Shown here in pieces: positions 8,409-17,872 of a DNA stretch of 60,739 bases. Each line of letters opens with the position of its first letter. Positions within the stretch are counted from its first letter, which is position 1. The stretch comes from Bacilli bacterium (lineage in GTDB: Bacteria; Bacillota_I; Bacilli_A; RF39; JBKDZI01): positions 1-60,739 of the forward strand of contig JBKDZI010000016.1 in assembly GCA_047971215.1 (NCBI GenBank). Direction: 5' to 3'. The position numbers were made by a program, and so were the translations under genes. The notes under the pieces were generated by a model. It searched no databases, was not told the DNA's origin, and worked only from the letters and a program-made list of their open reading frames with translations.

Positions 8409-9305
8409 TTATTTTATAAATTCTTGTTCCATATGTAATTCAATATCATAATTTTCTTTAACTAATTTTTTAATATATTCTGCAAGTTTTTTAATATCTT
8501 TTGAAGTAGCTTCACCATCGTTTATAATGAAATTAGCATGTTTTTCACTAATTTTAGCACCTCCAATAGAAAAACCTTTCAAATTTAAATCCTCAATTAA
8601 TTTACCTGCAAAATTATTATCAGGGTTCCTAAAAACCGATCCTGCATTTGGATATTCTAATGGTTGAGATTCTAGTCTTCTTCTTTTTCTATCATAAATT
8701 AAATCTAAAATTTCATCTTTGTCACCACTTTTTAAACGAAATTTACCGCCTAATACTATTAAATATTTATTTTCTTTAAGCATTGAATATCTATAATCAA
8801 ATTTTAATTCGTCATTTTTTAAAGTTATTATATTAAAATTATTATCTAAAATATTAGCTTCAATTAAATGATCTGATATACTTATATTATAAGCACCAGC
8901 ATTCATATAAATTCCACCACCAACAGTACCTGGTATTCCACTTGCAAACTCAAAATTTGACAATCCCTTTTTACTTAAATTTAAACTTAAGTTTACTAAT
9001 TTAACACCTGCATCACAGATTACCGTATTATCTTCTATTATAATATTCGATAGATAATCAGTTTTTATAACCACGCCATCGTAATAATCAGATGTAAATA
9101 TTATATTTGAACATTCACCTAATACAATATGTTTAATGTCATTTTTTTTAACTATTTTTAATATTGAAATTAATTCTTCGCGTTTTTTTGGAAATGCCAT
9201 TAATTTTACAATACCGCCTATGTTATAAGAAGTATATTTCTTAATATTAACCTCCTCATTAAATTTTATATTTTCTTTTATTAAAATTTTTATTAGCTCT
9301 TGCAT
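8409..9305 (-). CDS. murB: UDP-N-acetylenolpyruvoylglucosamine reductase
   Basis: FAD-binding NIGG...; GIPGTVGGGIYMNAGAY; PNAGSVFRNP; GGAKISEKHANFIIN. RBS AAGGGAG precedes the ATG at 9305 (track start is 9320). Confidence 0.9.
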   Translation of the reverse strand: MQELIKILIKENIKFNEEVNIKKYTSYNIGGIVKLMAFPKKREELISILKIVKKNDIKHIVLGECSNIIFTSDYYDGVVIKTDYLSNIIIEDNTVICDAGVKLVNLSLNLSKKGLSNFEFASGIPGTVGGGIYMNAGAYNISISDHLIEANILDNNFNIITLKNDELKFDYRYSMLKENKYLIVLGGKFRLKSGDKDEILDLIYDRKRRRLESQPLEYPNAGSVFRNPDNNFAGKLIEDLNLKGFSIGGAKISEKHANFIINDGEATSKDIKKLAEYIKKLVKENYDIELHMEQEFIK

Positions 9306-9358
9306 AAAAGCTCCCTTCATATTATATCAAGATTATTAATATTATACTATATTAAATA

Positions 9359-10444
9359 TTATTTTTCACTATATCTACTTATATTTAGAATTATACCTAT
9401 TGAAATTAAGGAAATAACTAGAGAAGATCCTCCATAACTTAGAAAAGGAAGAGTAACACCTGTTACAGGAAGTAAACCTATTACTACCATAATATTCAAA
9501 AGTGCTTGAACTGCAATTTGAAGTGAAATTCCAATTGCTACATACTTAGCATATAAATCTTTTTGTTTAAAAGCAATAAATAATCCTCGATATATAATTA
9601 AACCCATAATTGTAAGAACTATAATAACTCCCATAAATCCAAGTTCTTCTGAAATTATAGAAAAAATAAAATCAGTTTGAGGTTCTGGTAGATAAAAATT
9701 CTTTTGTACTGATGAGAATAAACCTTGTCCTAAAAGTCCACCTGGTCCAATTGCGTATAAACTTTGTATAATTTGAAAACCCGATCCAAGTGGATCACTC
9801 CATGGATTTAAAAAAGATAAAATTCTAGCTAAACGATAAGGGGCGATTGCTACTAATATTGAAATAAATCCAATTCCAATTCCTCCTAATTTAAAGAAAA
9901 AATTCATATCAACTCCACCAATAAAAAGTAGTATTATAACCGAAGAAAAAATAATCATACCAGAACCAAAATCGGGTTGAAGCATAATAAGACCAAATAC
10001 TAATACATTAATTCCGAGTATTGGAAACACTCCTTTTTTGATATTTTCTAATTGTTTGTAATTTTTTTCTAAATATTTAGCTGTAAAAATAATAAGTGCT
10101 AGTTTCATAAATTCACTAGGTTGAATACCTAAAGAACCTATACCAAACCAACTTCTAGAACCATTTCTAACAATACCAACACCAGGTATTAAAACTGCAA
10201 TTAAAAGTATTAAACTAATTCCAAATATTAAATTTGATTTTTCTTTATAAATAACATAAGGAATCTTAGATATAACAAGCATAATAATAAGTCCAATAAT
10301 AAAAAATATACTTTGAGCAAAGGCAAATTTAAGAGGATCTCCAAATTTATATTCTGCCCAAACAAAAGATGCAGAATAAATCATAAGTATTCCAAAACAT
10401 GAAAGTAATATAGTATAAAATATAAGTTGTTTATCAATTTTCAT
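9359..10444 (-). CDS. SEDS-family peptidoglycan polymerase (FtsW/SpoVE/RodA)
   Basis: 361 aa, about 10 TM helices. Conserved GSRSWFGIG..GIQPSEFMKL, PDFGS and LPVTGVTLPFLSYGGSS motifs. Lies upstream of murB-divIB. Confidence 0.85.
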   Translation of the reverse strand: MKIDKQLIFYTILLSCFGILMIYSASFVWAEYKFGDPLKFAFAQSIFFIIGLIIMLVISKIPYVIYKEKSNLIFGISLILLIAVLIPGVGIVRNGSRSWFGIGSLGIQPSEFMKLALIIFTAKYLEKNYKQLENIKKGVFPILGINVLVFGLIMLQPDFGSGMIIFSSVIILLFIGGVDMNFFFKLGGIGIGFISILVAIAPYRLARILSFLNPWSDPLGSGFQIIQSLYAIGPGGLLGQGLFSSVQKNFYLPEPQTDFIFSIISEELGFMGVIIVLTIMGLIIYRGLFIAFKQKDLYAKYVAIGISLQIAVQALLNIMVVIGLLPVTGVTLPFLSYGGSSLVISLISIGIILNISRYSEK

Positions 10445-10598
10445 AAGACCTCCTTATTTCTTTTAATAATATGAATTATAAAGTTTTGATATTCATTTTA
10501 AATATAAATTGAAATTATCTAAGGTAATTTTTGTTTTATTATGTAAAATTTGCTAGAGAATAAAGTATTGTGGTATAATTAAGCAGGATGGTGAAATA

Positions 10599-11558
10599 AT
10601 GGGACTGTTTAAAAATTTTAAAAATCTTTTTACTAAAGAAGAAACCAAGAAATATGATGAAGGCCTTGCTAAAACAAGGGGAGAGTTTGTATCTAAGCTT
10701 GGTGCTTTATCAAAAAAATATAAAATAATAGACGAGAATTATTTTGAAGAATTAGAAAACATTTTGGTAATGGCTGATATTGGAATAAATACAGTAGTAA
10801 AATTTGTTGATAATTTAAAAGATAGAGTTAAAAAAGAAAATATTACTTCTGTTGAATATTTAAAAGAAATTATAGTAGATGAACTTTTAATACTTTATGT
10901 ATCTGGTGATGTATTATCAAGTAAATTAAATATTCATGATGGATTAAGCGTTGTTTTAGTTGTTGGTGTAAATGGTGTAGGAAAAACTACTAGTATTGGA
11001 AAACTTGCTTACAATTTAAAAAATGAAGGAAAAAAAGTTATGCTTATTGCAGCAGATACTTTTAGGGCGGGGGCTATTAAACAACTTGAAATTTGGAGTG
11101 AAAAAATAGGTGTATCATTTTATTCGAAAGAGGAAAATTCAGATCCAGCAAGTGTTGTTTATTCAGGCCTTGAAAAGGCTTTGAAAGAAAATATTGATGT
11201 AGTTTTAGTTGATACAGCAGGACGCCTTCAAAATAAAACCAATTTAATGAATGAACTTGATAAAATAAATAGAGTTATTAAAAAATTTGCTGAAAACGAA
11301 CCATCAGAAAATCTTTTAGTTATTGATGCTAATACAGGACAAAATGGTATAAGTCAAGCCAAAGAATTTAAAAAAATCACTAATATTACGGGTATAATTT
11401 TAACTAAGTTAGATGGAACTAGCAAAGGTGGTATAGTACTTGCAATTAAAGATGAACTTTCTTTACCTGTTAAATATGTTGGTCTTGGAGAAAAAGAAAC
11501 AGATTTAGAAAAATTTGATATTGAGAAATATATTTACGGTTTATTTAAGGATTTATAA
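10599..11558 (+). CDS. ftsY: Signal recognition particle receptor FtsY
   Basis: NG domain motifs GVNGVGKTTSIGKLA, DTFRAGA, DTAGRL and TKLDGTSKGG. Confidence 0.95.
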   Translation: MGLFKNFKNLFTKEETKKYDEGLAKTRGEFVSKLGALSKKYKIIDENYFEELENILVMADIGINTVVKFVDNLKDRVKKENITSVEYLKEIIVDELLILYVSGDVLSSKLNIHDGLSVVLVVGVNGVGKTTSIGKLAYNLKNEGKKVMLIAADTFRAGAIKQLEIWSEKIGVSFYSKEENSDPASVVYSGLEKALKENIDVVLVDTAGRLQNKTNLMNELDKINRVIKKFAENEPSENLLVIDANTGQNGISQAKEFKKITNITGIILTKLDGTSKGGIVLAIKDELSLPVKYVGLGEKETDLEKFDIEKYIYGLFKDL

Positions 11559-11848
11559 TGGAAAAAGAATTAGAATTAACTATTTTATTTGATATTTATG
11601 AAGGAATATTAAGCAGTAAACAAAAGATTTATTTTAAAGAGTATTATTTTGAAAATAATAGTTTGTCAGAAATTAGTGAAAATTTAAATGTAAGTAAAAA
11701 TGCAGTTTCAAAATCTCTTGCTAAAACTTCTAAAGATTTGTATTATTTTGAAAATCAATTAAAGCTTATGGAAAAAAATAAATTACTTGAAATGATTAAA
11801 AGTTTAAATAAAAATGAAAAAATTACTAAATTATTAGAAAGGTTATAA
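11558..11848 (+). CDS. ylxM: YlxM/UPF0122 helix-turn-helix protein of the SRP operon
   Basis: 96 aa located between ftsY and ffh, with ...LFDIYEGILSSKQKIYFKEYYFENNSLSEISENLNVSKNAV... (sigma-70 region 4-like HTH). Confidence 0.8.
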   Translation: MEKELELTILFDIYEGILSSKQKIYFKEYYFENNSLSEISENLNVSKNAVSKSLAKTSKDLYYFENQLKLMEKNKLLEMIKSLNKNEKITKLLERL

Positions 11849-11849
11849 C

Positions 11850-13154
11850 ATGTTAGAAAATTTAGGAGATAAATTACAAAAAATTATAAAAGATGTACGT
11901 GGACTTGGTATTATTACAGAGTCTAATATTGAACCTATAATGAGAGAAATTAGACTTTCACTTCTTGCAGCGGATGTTAATTATACTATTGTTAAAGAAT
12001 TTACAAATAGTGTAAGAGAAAAAGCTTTAGGAGAAGAAGTTAAATCAAGTTTAAAACCAGGAGAATTATTTGTTAAAATTATTCATGATGAAATTGTTAA
12101 ATTACTTGGAGAAGAATATACACCACTTAATATTACAAATTTATTAGATGTATGTTTAATGACAGGACTTCAAGGTGCAGGTAAAACTACAACAGTTGGA
12201 AAACTTGCTAATTTAATTAGAAAAAAACATAAAAAAAAGATTTTACTTGTGGCAGCAGATGTTTATAGACCAGGGGCTAAAGATCAATTAAAACAAATAG
12301 GAAAACAATTAAAGATTGAAGTTTTTTCAGAAGATAATAGTAATAAACCTGTTGAAATTGCTGAAAATGCACTTAAATACGCTAAAGAAAAAGATTTTAA
12401 TTATATAATTATAGATACAGCAGGACGTCTTCAAATTGATGAAACTTTAATGACAGAATTAGTGCAAATAAATGAAAAAGTTAATGCTAATGAAATTATT
12501 CTTGTACTTGATTCAATGATGGGACAAGAGGCTATAAATGTCATTAAAAAATTTAATGAAACATTACCACTTACTGGTAGTATTTTAACTAAATTAGATG
12601 GTGATACAAGAGGTGGAGTTGCACTTTCTTTAAAATATTTAACTAATGTTCCTATTAAATTTATTGGTATTAGTGAAAAAATGGATGGAATTATGGAATT
12701 TCATCCAAATAGAATGGCTGATAGAATTCTTGGAATGGGTGATGTTGTTTCACTTGTTGAAAAAGTACAAGACACAATAGATGAAAAAGAGGCTATAAAT
12801 GCATATAATAAAATGAAACAAGGAAAATTTGATTTAGAAGATTTTTTAAAACAAATGAATCAAATTAAAAAACTAGGCCCTTTAGAAAATGTTATTAAAA
12901 TGATTCCTGGAGCAAGTAAATTAGGACCTATCAATATAGATAAAAAGCAAATGGCTCATATTGAAGCTATTGTACTTTCTATGACCCCAAGAGAAAGACG
13001 AAATCCACATATTATTGAATCAAGAAGAAAAAAAAGAATTGCTACAGGTTGTGGCTTACAAGTTTCAGATGTTAATAGACTTTTAAAACAATTTGAGCAA
13101 ATGAAAAAAATGATGAAACACTTTAAAAGTGGAAATTTTAAAATGCCATTCTAA
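11850..13154 (+). CDS. ffh: Signal recognition particle protein Ffh
   Basis: GLQGAGKTTTVGKLA, DVYRPGA, DTAGRL and TKLDGDTRGG, plus a Met-rich M domain at the C-terminus. Confidence 0.95.
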   Translation: MLENLGDKLQKIIKDVRGLGIITESNIEPIMREIRLSLLAADVNYTIVKEFTNSVREKALGEEVKSSLKPGELFVKIIHDEIVKLLGEEYTPLNITNLLDVCLMTGLQGAGKTTTVGKLANLIRKKHKKKILLVAADVYRPGAKDQLKQIGKQLKIEVFSEDNSNKPVEIAENALKYAKEKDFNYIIIDTAGRLQIDETLMTELVQINEKVNANEIILVLDSMMGQEAINVIKKFNETLPLTGSILTKLDGDTRGGVALSLKYLTNVPIKFIGISEKMDGIMEFHPNRMADRILGMGDVVSLVEKVQDTIDEKEAINAYNKMKQGKFDLEDFLKQMNQIKKLGPLENVIKMIPGASKLGPINIDKKQMAHIEAIVLSMTPRERRNPHIIESRRKKRIATGCGLQVSDVNRLLKQFEQMKKMMKHFKSGNFKMPF

Positions 13155-13215
13155 ACCTTTTAACTATGCACTATATTCTAATCTACATATTCTATTATAG
13201 AATGGAGGTTAGAAA

Positions 13216-13542
13216 ATGAAAAATTTTGATAATAATTTTGAAATTGAATCTCAAGTTGCAGGTGACGATATTTTTAACATCAATATGATGGAATTTGATA
13301 TGCCTATGCAAATGGGGAAAATGGGAATGGGTTGTAATAAATTTGGTAATTCAGTAATGGAAAAACCGATAGTTATGTGTGAACATAGACGTTTTGTTCA
13401 TGAAGTTCCACACATACAACCAGTTACAAAAAAAATTATAAATCATCATGAATATAAACATGTTTGCGTTCCAAAGTTTAATACAGTATGTGAAAATGAA
13501 GTTTGTCATACTGGATGTGGATGTAAAGGATTTAAATTCTAA
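13216..13542 (+). CDS. Cys/His/Met-rich small protein, CotD-family-like spore coat candidate
   Basis: 108 aa. The repeated H/C pattern ...CEHRRFVHEVPHIQPVTKKIINHHEYKHVCVPKFNTVCENEVCHTGCGC... resembles inner spore coat protein D-type repeats. Own RBS GGAGG and own terminator. Confidence 0.45.
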   Translation: MKNFDNNFEIESQVAGDDIFNINMMEFDMPMQMGKMGMGCNKFGNSVMEKPIVMCEHRRFVHEVPHIQPVTKKIINHHEYKHVCVPKFNTVCENEVCHTGCGCKGFKF

Positions 13543-13544
13543 TA

Positions 13545-13568
13545 AAAAGCGATTGATTCGCTTTTTTT
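13545..13568 (+). terminator. Rho-independent terminator
   Basis: Hairpin aaaagcga-ttgat-tcgctttt followed by a T run. Confidence 0.65.
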
Positions 13569-13635
13569 ATGTCAACAAATAATTTTTAATTAGTTAAAAT
13601 ACCTATTTTGTGTTATAATTCCATAGGTGATAAAA

Positions 13636-14523
13636 ATGATAGATTTACACATGCATACAAAATATTCAGATGGTAGTGATAGTCTAATAGAACTTTTAGA
13701 AAATTGTGAAAAAGCTAATTTAGAAATCATTTCTATAACAGATCATGATACATGTGATGCCTATGATGAATTAAATAAATTAAATGTTAAAAATTATTTT
13801 ACAGGAAAAATAATTAATGGGATTGAAATGACCACATCATTTCAAGGTTATAGAATAGAACTTTTAGCCTATGGTTTTGATAATCATATTAAAGTAAGTG
13901 ATTATTTAGAATCTTTTCATACAAAAAAGCATTGGGATAATATTTATAAATCTTTAAGAGTTGAATTTTTAGATAGAATAGACTTAATGGGTATTTTATA
14001 TGAAAAAGAAAAATTTAAAGATTTAAGTATTGATAAATTTGAAAGTAAATTATATGAATCTTTCTTAAAATGTAATTCTAATTTAAAAGATATACTACAA
14101 GAGGAATATTGTGAAACTGGATATGAATTTTTTAGAAGTTGTATATCTAATCCAAAAAGCCAATTTTATATTAAATATGCAACTTATAATCCAGATGCTT
14201 CTTATTTAGTAGATTTTATACATAAAAATTGTGGTAAAATTTTTCTAGCTCATGCATTTTTGTATGATATACCTAATATGAAAGAGTTTTTAGATGAAAT
14301 TAACAAAATAGGAATTGATGGTTTAGAATGCTTTCATTACAGTTTTACTGACGAAGAATTAATTTGGATAAAAGATTATGCTACTACTAATAATCTTTTA
14401 ATATCAGGTGGTTCTGACTATCATGGTACTAAAAGAGAAGGTATATATCTTGGAAAAGGAAAAGGTAATTTAAATATATCAAAAGATATAATAAATAATT
14501 GGAATATAAATAATTTTTTATAG
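13636..14523 (+). CDS. PHP-domain metal-dependent phosphoesterase
   Basis: N-terminal IDLHMHTKYSDGSDS and ISITDHDT motifs; C-terminal GGSDYHG. RBS AGGTGA lies 5 nt before ATG 13636. Confidence 0.8.
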   Translation: MIDLHMHTKYSDGSDSLIELLENCEKANLEIISITDHDTCDAYDELNKLNVKNYFTGKIINGIEMTTSFQGYRIELLAYGFDNHIKVSDYLESFHTKKHWDNIYKSLRVEFLDRIDLMGILYEKEKFKDLSIDKFESKLYESFLKCNSNLKDILQEEYCETGYEFFRSCISNPKSQFYIKYATYNPDASYLVDFIHKNCGKIFLAHAFLYDIPNMKEFLDEINKIGIDGLECFHYSFTDEELIWIKDYATTNNLLISGGSDYHGTKREGIYLGKGKGNLNISKDIINNWNINNFL

Positions 14524-14645
14524 ATGCTAAATTTAAGCTAATTATTTATGTAGTTAGTTTTTTGTTTGTATTAATAATCTTATGTCGATTTTAAAATATT
14601 ATTTATTTAGGCGCATATTCATTAATGTGTAATAAAGGAGGAAAA

Positions 14646-15545
14646 ATGAAAATTGGTATACCAAATGCACTACTACATTATAAATATAAAGATTTAATAC
14701 TTACATTTTTAGATACACTTAATGTTGATTATATTGTTAGTCCTTCTACTAATAGGTCAATTAGTGAAAATGGTTTTAAATTATCTCAAAGTGAGGCTTG
14801 TTTATCTAGTAAAATTTATTTAGGACATGTAGATTACTTAAAAGATAAATGCGATGCGATTTTAATAATTAGACTAGACTGTATTAAAGAAAATGAAGAA
14901 GTATGTACACGTTTTAGTGCAATTTATGATTTAACTAAATACAGTATAGAAAATGTAAAATTAATTGATTTAAATATTACAATAGATGAAGAAACATCTT
15001 TTATAAAGTTAGGTGAAACTTTAGGTTTTTCTAAGATAGTAAGTAAAGAAAGTTATAAATTTGCCAAAACTAAACAAAAAGCTAAAGAAAATGAAAAATT
15101 ACAAAAACAGTTAGAAAAGATTAAAGATGATAATTTAAAAATATTACTCGTTTCTCATGATTATAACACTTATGATGAAATGATTGGAAAACCTATATTA
15201 AAATATTTAAAAGATAATAATATTACAGTTTTATTTTCGGAAAATTATGAAGATAAATATAAAGAAGAATATAAAAATATTTCGAAAAACTTATACTTTT
15301 CTCATAACATAAAACAACTAAATGGAATTGGTGCTTATAAAGATTATGTAGATGGTATTATACTTATTACTACATTCCCTTGTGGTACAGATTCTTTAGT
15401 TAATGAAATGGTTATTAGAACTATAAAAGATAAACCTATTATAAATATTATACTTGATGAAAATACTGCTGAAGCTGGACTTATTACAAGACTTGAAAGT
15501 TTTTTAGATATATTAACATTAAAAAGAAAAGAGGTAAAAATATGA
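14646..15545 (+). CDS. Acyl-CoA dehydratase activase-related protein (DUF2229-like), paralog 1
   Basis: N-terminus KIGIPNALLHYKY... and three spaced Cys motifs (SEACLSSK, EVCTRFS, FPCGTDS). RBS AAAGGAGG precedes ATG 14646. The stop overlaps the next start (ATGA). Confidence 0.65.
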   Translation: MKIGIPNALLHYKYKDLILTFLDTLNVDYIVSPSTNRSISENGFKLSQSEACLSSKIYLGHVDYLKDKCDAILIIRLDCIKENEEVCTRFSAIYDLTKYSIENVKLIDLNITIDEETSFIKLGETLGFSKIVSKESYKFAKTKQKAKENEKLQKQLEKIKDDNLKILLVSHDYNTYDEMIGKPILKYLKDNNITVLFSENYEDKYKEEYKNISKNLYFSHNIKQLNGIGAYKDYVDGIILITTFPCGTDSLVNEMVIRTIKDKPIINIILDENTAEAGLITRLESFLDILTLKRKEVKI

Positions 15546-16597
15546 AAGCTGCAATACCACATATGGCAAATTATTCAATTCCTCTATCTATAATTGTTGA
15601 TAAAATATTTGGTATGGAATTTTTAGAAATTCCAAACATTACTAAAAAAACAGTTGAATTAGGAAGTAAATATTCTCCTGATTATATATGTTCTCCTTTT
15701 AAATTTAATTTAGGTAATTTTATTGAAGCTCTTGAAAAAGGAGCAGATGTTTTGTTACAAATTAAAGGTTCCTGTAGATTTGGTTATTATGGGGAACTTC
15801 AAAGTAAAATTTTAAAAGACTTGGGTTATGATTTTGAATTTATATATTTAGAAAATAATTTAGGTATAAAAAAATTATATAAAATGTGCAAAAGTTATAA
15901 TAAAAAACTTACATTTTTACAATTTGTATACTATATGAAATTATGTATAGTAATGACTAAAAAAATTGATATATTTGAATTTTATATGCGTAAAAATATT
16001 GGTTTTGAAATTAATCAAGGTACAATGGACAAGATTCATAAAGAATTTTTAAAAGAATTAAAAGTTATTAGGAGTTATTATAAATTAAATAAATGTTTTA
16101 AAAAATATTATAAATTACTTAAAGAAGTTAAACTTAAAAAAGATGATGATTGTTTAAAAGTTTTAATAATTGGAGAATTGTATACAGTTATGGAAACTAA
16201 TAGTAATCATCATATTGAATTAGAACTTGCAAAAATGAAAGTAGAAGTAATAAGATATATTGATTTAAGTTATTTAATTTTTGAAAATATGCAAAGTGAT
16301 AAAAAAGTTTTACCTATTGTAAAAAATATTGTTAAATATCCTCTTGGAGCTAGTGCTACAGATAATGTAAGTAAAACTTTAACTTATGAGAATATAGATG
16401 GTATAATACATATAAAATCATCTTTTTGTACTCCAGAAGTAGATGCTACAGTTATGATTCAAAAAATAGCAGGAGAAAGAAATATTCCTACTATTCATTT
16501 TTCTTTTGATACTGAAACTGAAAATGCAGGAATTATTACTAGAATAGAAGCTTTCTATGATATGATCAAACTTAAAAAAGGGGGTAATAATATATGA
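15542..16597 (+). CDS. Acyl-CoA dehydratase activase-related protein (DUF2229-like), paralog 2
   Basis: Cys motifs parallel to paralog 1 (PDYICSPFK, GSCRFGYYG, SSFCTPEVD). ATGA overlaps with both neighbouring genes. Confidence 0.65.
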   Translation: MKAAIPHMANYSIPLSIIVDKIFGMEFLEIPNITKKTVELGSKYSPDYICSPFKFNLGNFIEALEKGADVLLQIKGSCRFGYYGELQSKILKDLGYDFEFIYLENNLGIKKLYKMCKSYNKKLTFLQFVYYMKLCIVMTKKIDIFEFYMRKNIGFEINQGTMDKIHKEFLKELKVIRSYYKLNKCFKKYYKLLKEVKLKKDDDCLKVLIIGELYTVMETNSNHHIELELAKMKVEVIRYIDLSYLIFENMQSDKKVLPIVKNIVKYPLGASATDNVSKTLTYENIDGIIHIKSSFCTPEVDATVMIQKIAGERNIPTIHFSFDTETENAGIITRIEAFYDMIKLKKGGNNI

Positions 16598-17541
16598 AAA
16601 ATGCTTTTCTTGGTGTTGATATAGGCTCAATTTCAACTAAAGGTGTAATTATTGATGATGAAAATAATGTTCTTGCAGATGATTATATATGGACTGAAGG
16701 TAATCCAATTAATTCTGTTAAAAACTTATGTAAATCTTTAAAAGAAAAATTAAAAGAAGAGATTAAGATTATAGGTATTGGTACTACTGGTTCTGCTAGA
16801 AAATTAGTTGGAATTATGCTTGGGGCTAATGTAGTAAAAAATGAAATAACTGCTCATGCTATTGGTACGTTATCAGTTAATAAAGAAGTGAGAACAATAC
16901 TTGAAATTGGAGGGCAAGACTCTAAAATTATATTATTAGAAAATGGAATTGTAGTAGATTATGCAATGAATACACTTTGTGCTGCTGGTACTGGAGCATT
17001 TTTATCAAGTCAAGCTAAAAGACTTAGTGTACCTGTTGAAGACTTTGGAACTGTTGCCTTAACAAGTAAAAATCCTGCTAAAATTGCTGCCAGATGTACA
17101 GTATTTGCCGAAAGTGATTTAGTTCATAAAGCTCAAATTGGATATAAAAAAGAAGATATAATTAGAGGATTATGTAAATCTGTTGTACTAAATTATTTAA
17201 ATAATGTAGGTAAGGGTAAAAAAATACATGGGCCTATTGTTTTTCAAGGTGGGGTTTCAAAAAATGCAGGTGTTGTAAAAGAATTTGAAGATGAGCTTAA
17301 ACAAAAGATTCATGTAGATACAAATGGACATTTAATGGGAGCCCTTGGTGTTGCAATTTTATCAAAAGATGAAGAAAAAGTAAATTTTGATTTTGATTGT
17401 TTAGATATAGAATTTGAAACAAGGGGAATTGAATGTAATAAATGTCCTAATAGATGTGAAATTATTTGCATATATAAAGATAATAAATTAGTAGATACTT
17501 GGGGTAATAAATGTAGTAAAGGTATAGAAAATTTAAAATAA
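16594..17541 (+). CDS. BadF/BadG/BcrA/BcrD-type ATPase (2-hydroxyacyl-CoA dehydratase activator-like), with a Cys-rich C-terminal extension
   Basis: ASKHA-fold motifs GVDIGSISTKGV and EIGGQDSKII. Cluster-bridging Cys motifs LCAAGTGAFL and ARCTVFAESD. C-terminal CNKCPNRCEIIC...GNKCSKG. Confidence 0.85.
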   Translation: MKNAFLGVDIGSISTKGVIIDDENNVLADDYIWTEGNPINSVKNLCKSLKEKLKEEIKIIGIGTTGSARKLVGIMLGANVVKNEITAHAIGTLSVNKEVRTILEIGGQDSKIILLENGIVVDYAMNTLCAAGTGAFLSSQAKRLSVPVEDFGTVALTSKNPAKIAARCTVFAESDLVHKAQIGYKKEDIIRGLCKSVVLNYLNNVGKGKKIHGPIVFQGGVSKNAGVVKEFEDELKQKIHVDTNGHLMGALGVAILSKDEEKVNFDFDCLDIEFETRGIECNKCPNRCEIICIYKDNKLVDTWGNKCSKGIENLK

Positions 17542-17588
17542 CTAAAGTTTTTAAGTTTTTTATCATATATTTAAAATAAGGAGGCATT

Positions 17589-17819
17589 ATGAGATTGTCT
17601 GATTTACAAGATAAAGATATTATAAATGTTGTTGATGGAAAAAATGTTGGTAATATTATTGATGCTCTTATTGAAGAAGATGGAAGAATAAGTAAAATTA
17701 TTGTTGAACCTTCTAGATCTTTTAGAAATATTATGAATGTTGGAAAAGAAGTTGAAATACCTTTTAAATCTATTACTAAAATAGGAGAAGACGTAATTTT
17801 GGTTGATATTTCTGTATAA
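17589..17819 (+). CDS. YlmC/YmxH-family sporulation protein (PRC-barrel)
   Basis: 76 aa. MRLSDLQDKDIINVVDGKNVGNIIDALIEEDGRISKIIV is the typical family N-terminus. Confidence 0.8.
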   Translation: MRLSDLQDKDIINVVDGKNVGNIIDALIEEDGRISKIIVEPSRSFRNIMNVGKEVEIPFKSITKIGEDVILVDISV

Positions 17820-17872
17820 AAATAAATTTTACTTAGGTTATAAAATATGATAAAATAGCATTGGTGAATATA

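Noticed and set aside
10445-10598. Possible regulatory RNA in the divergent ftsW/ftsY spacer
   Set aside because: The spacer is only about 150 bp and AT-rich, with no stable long-range pairing seen. This is consistent with two back-to-back promoters.
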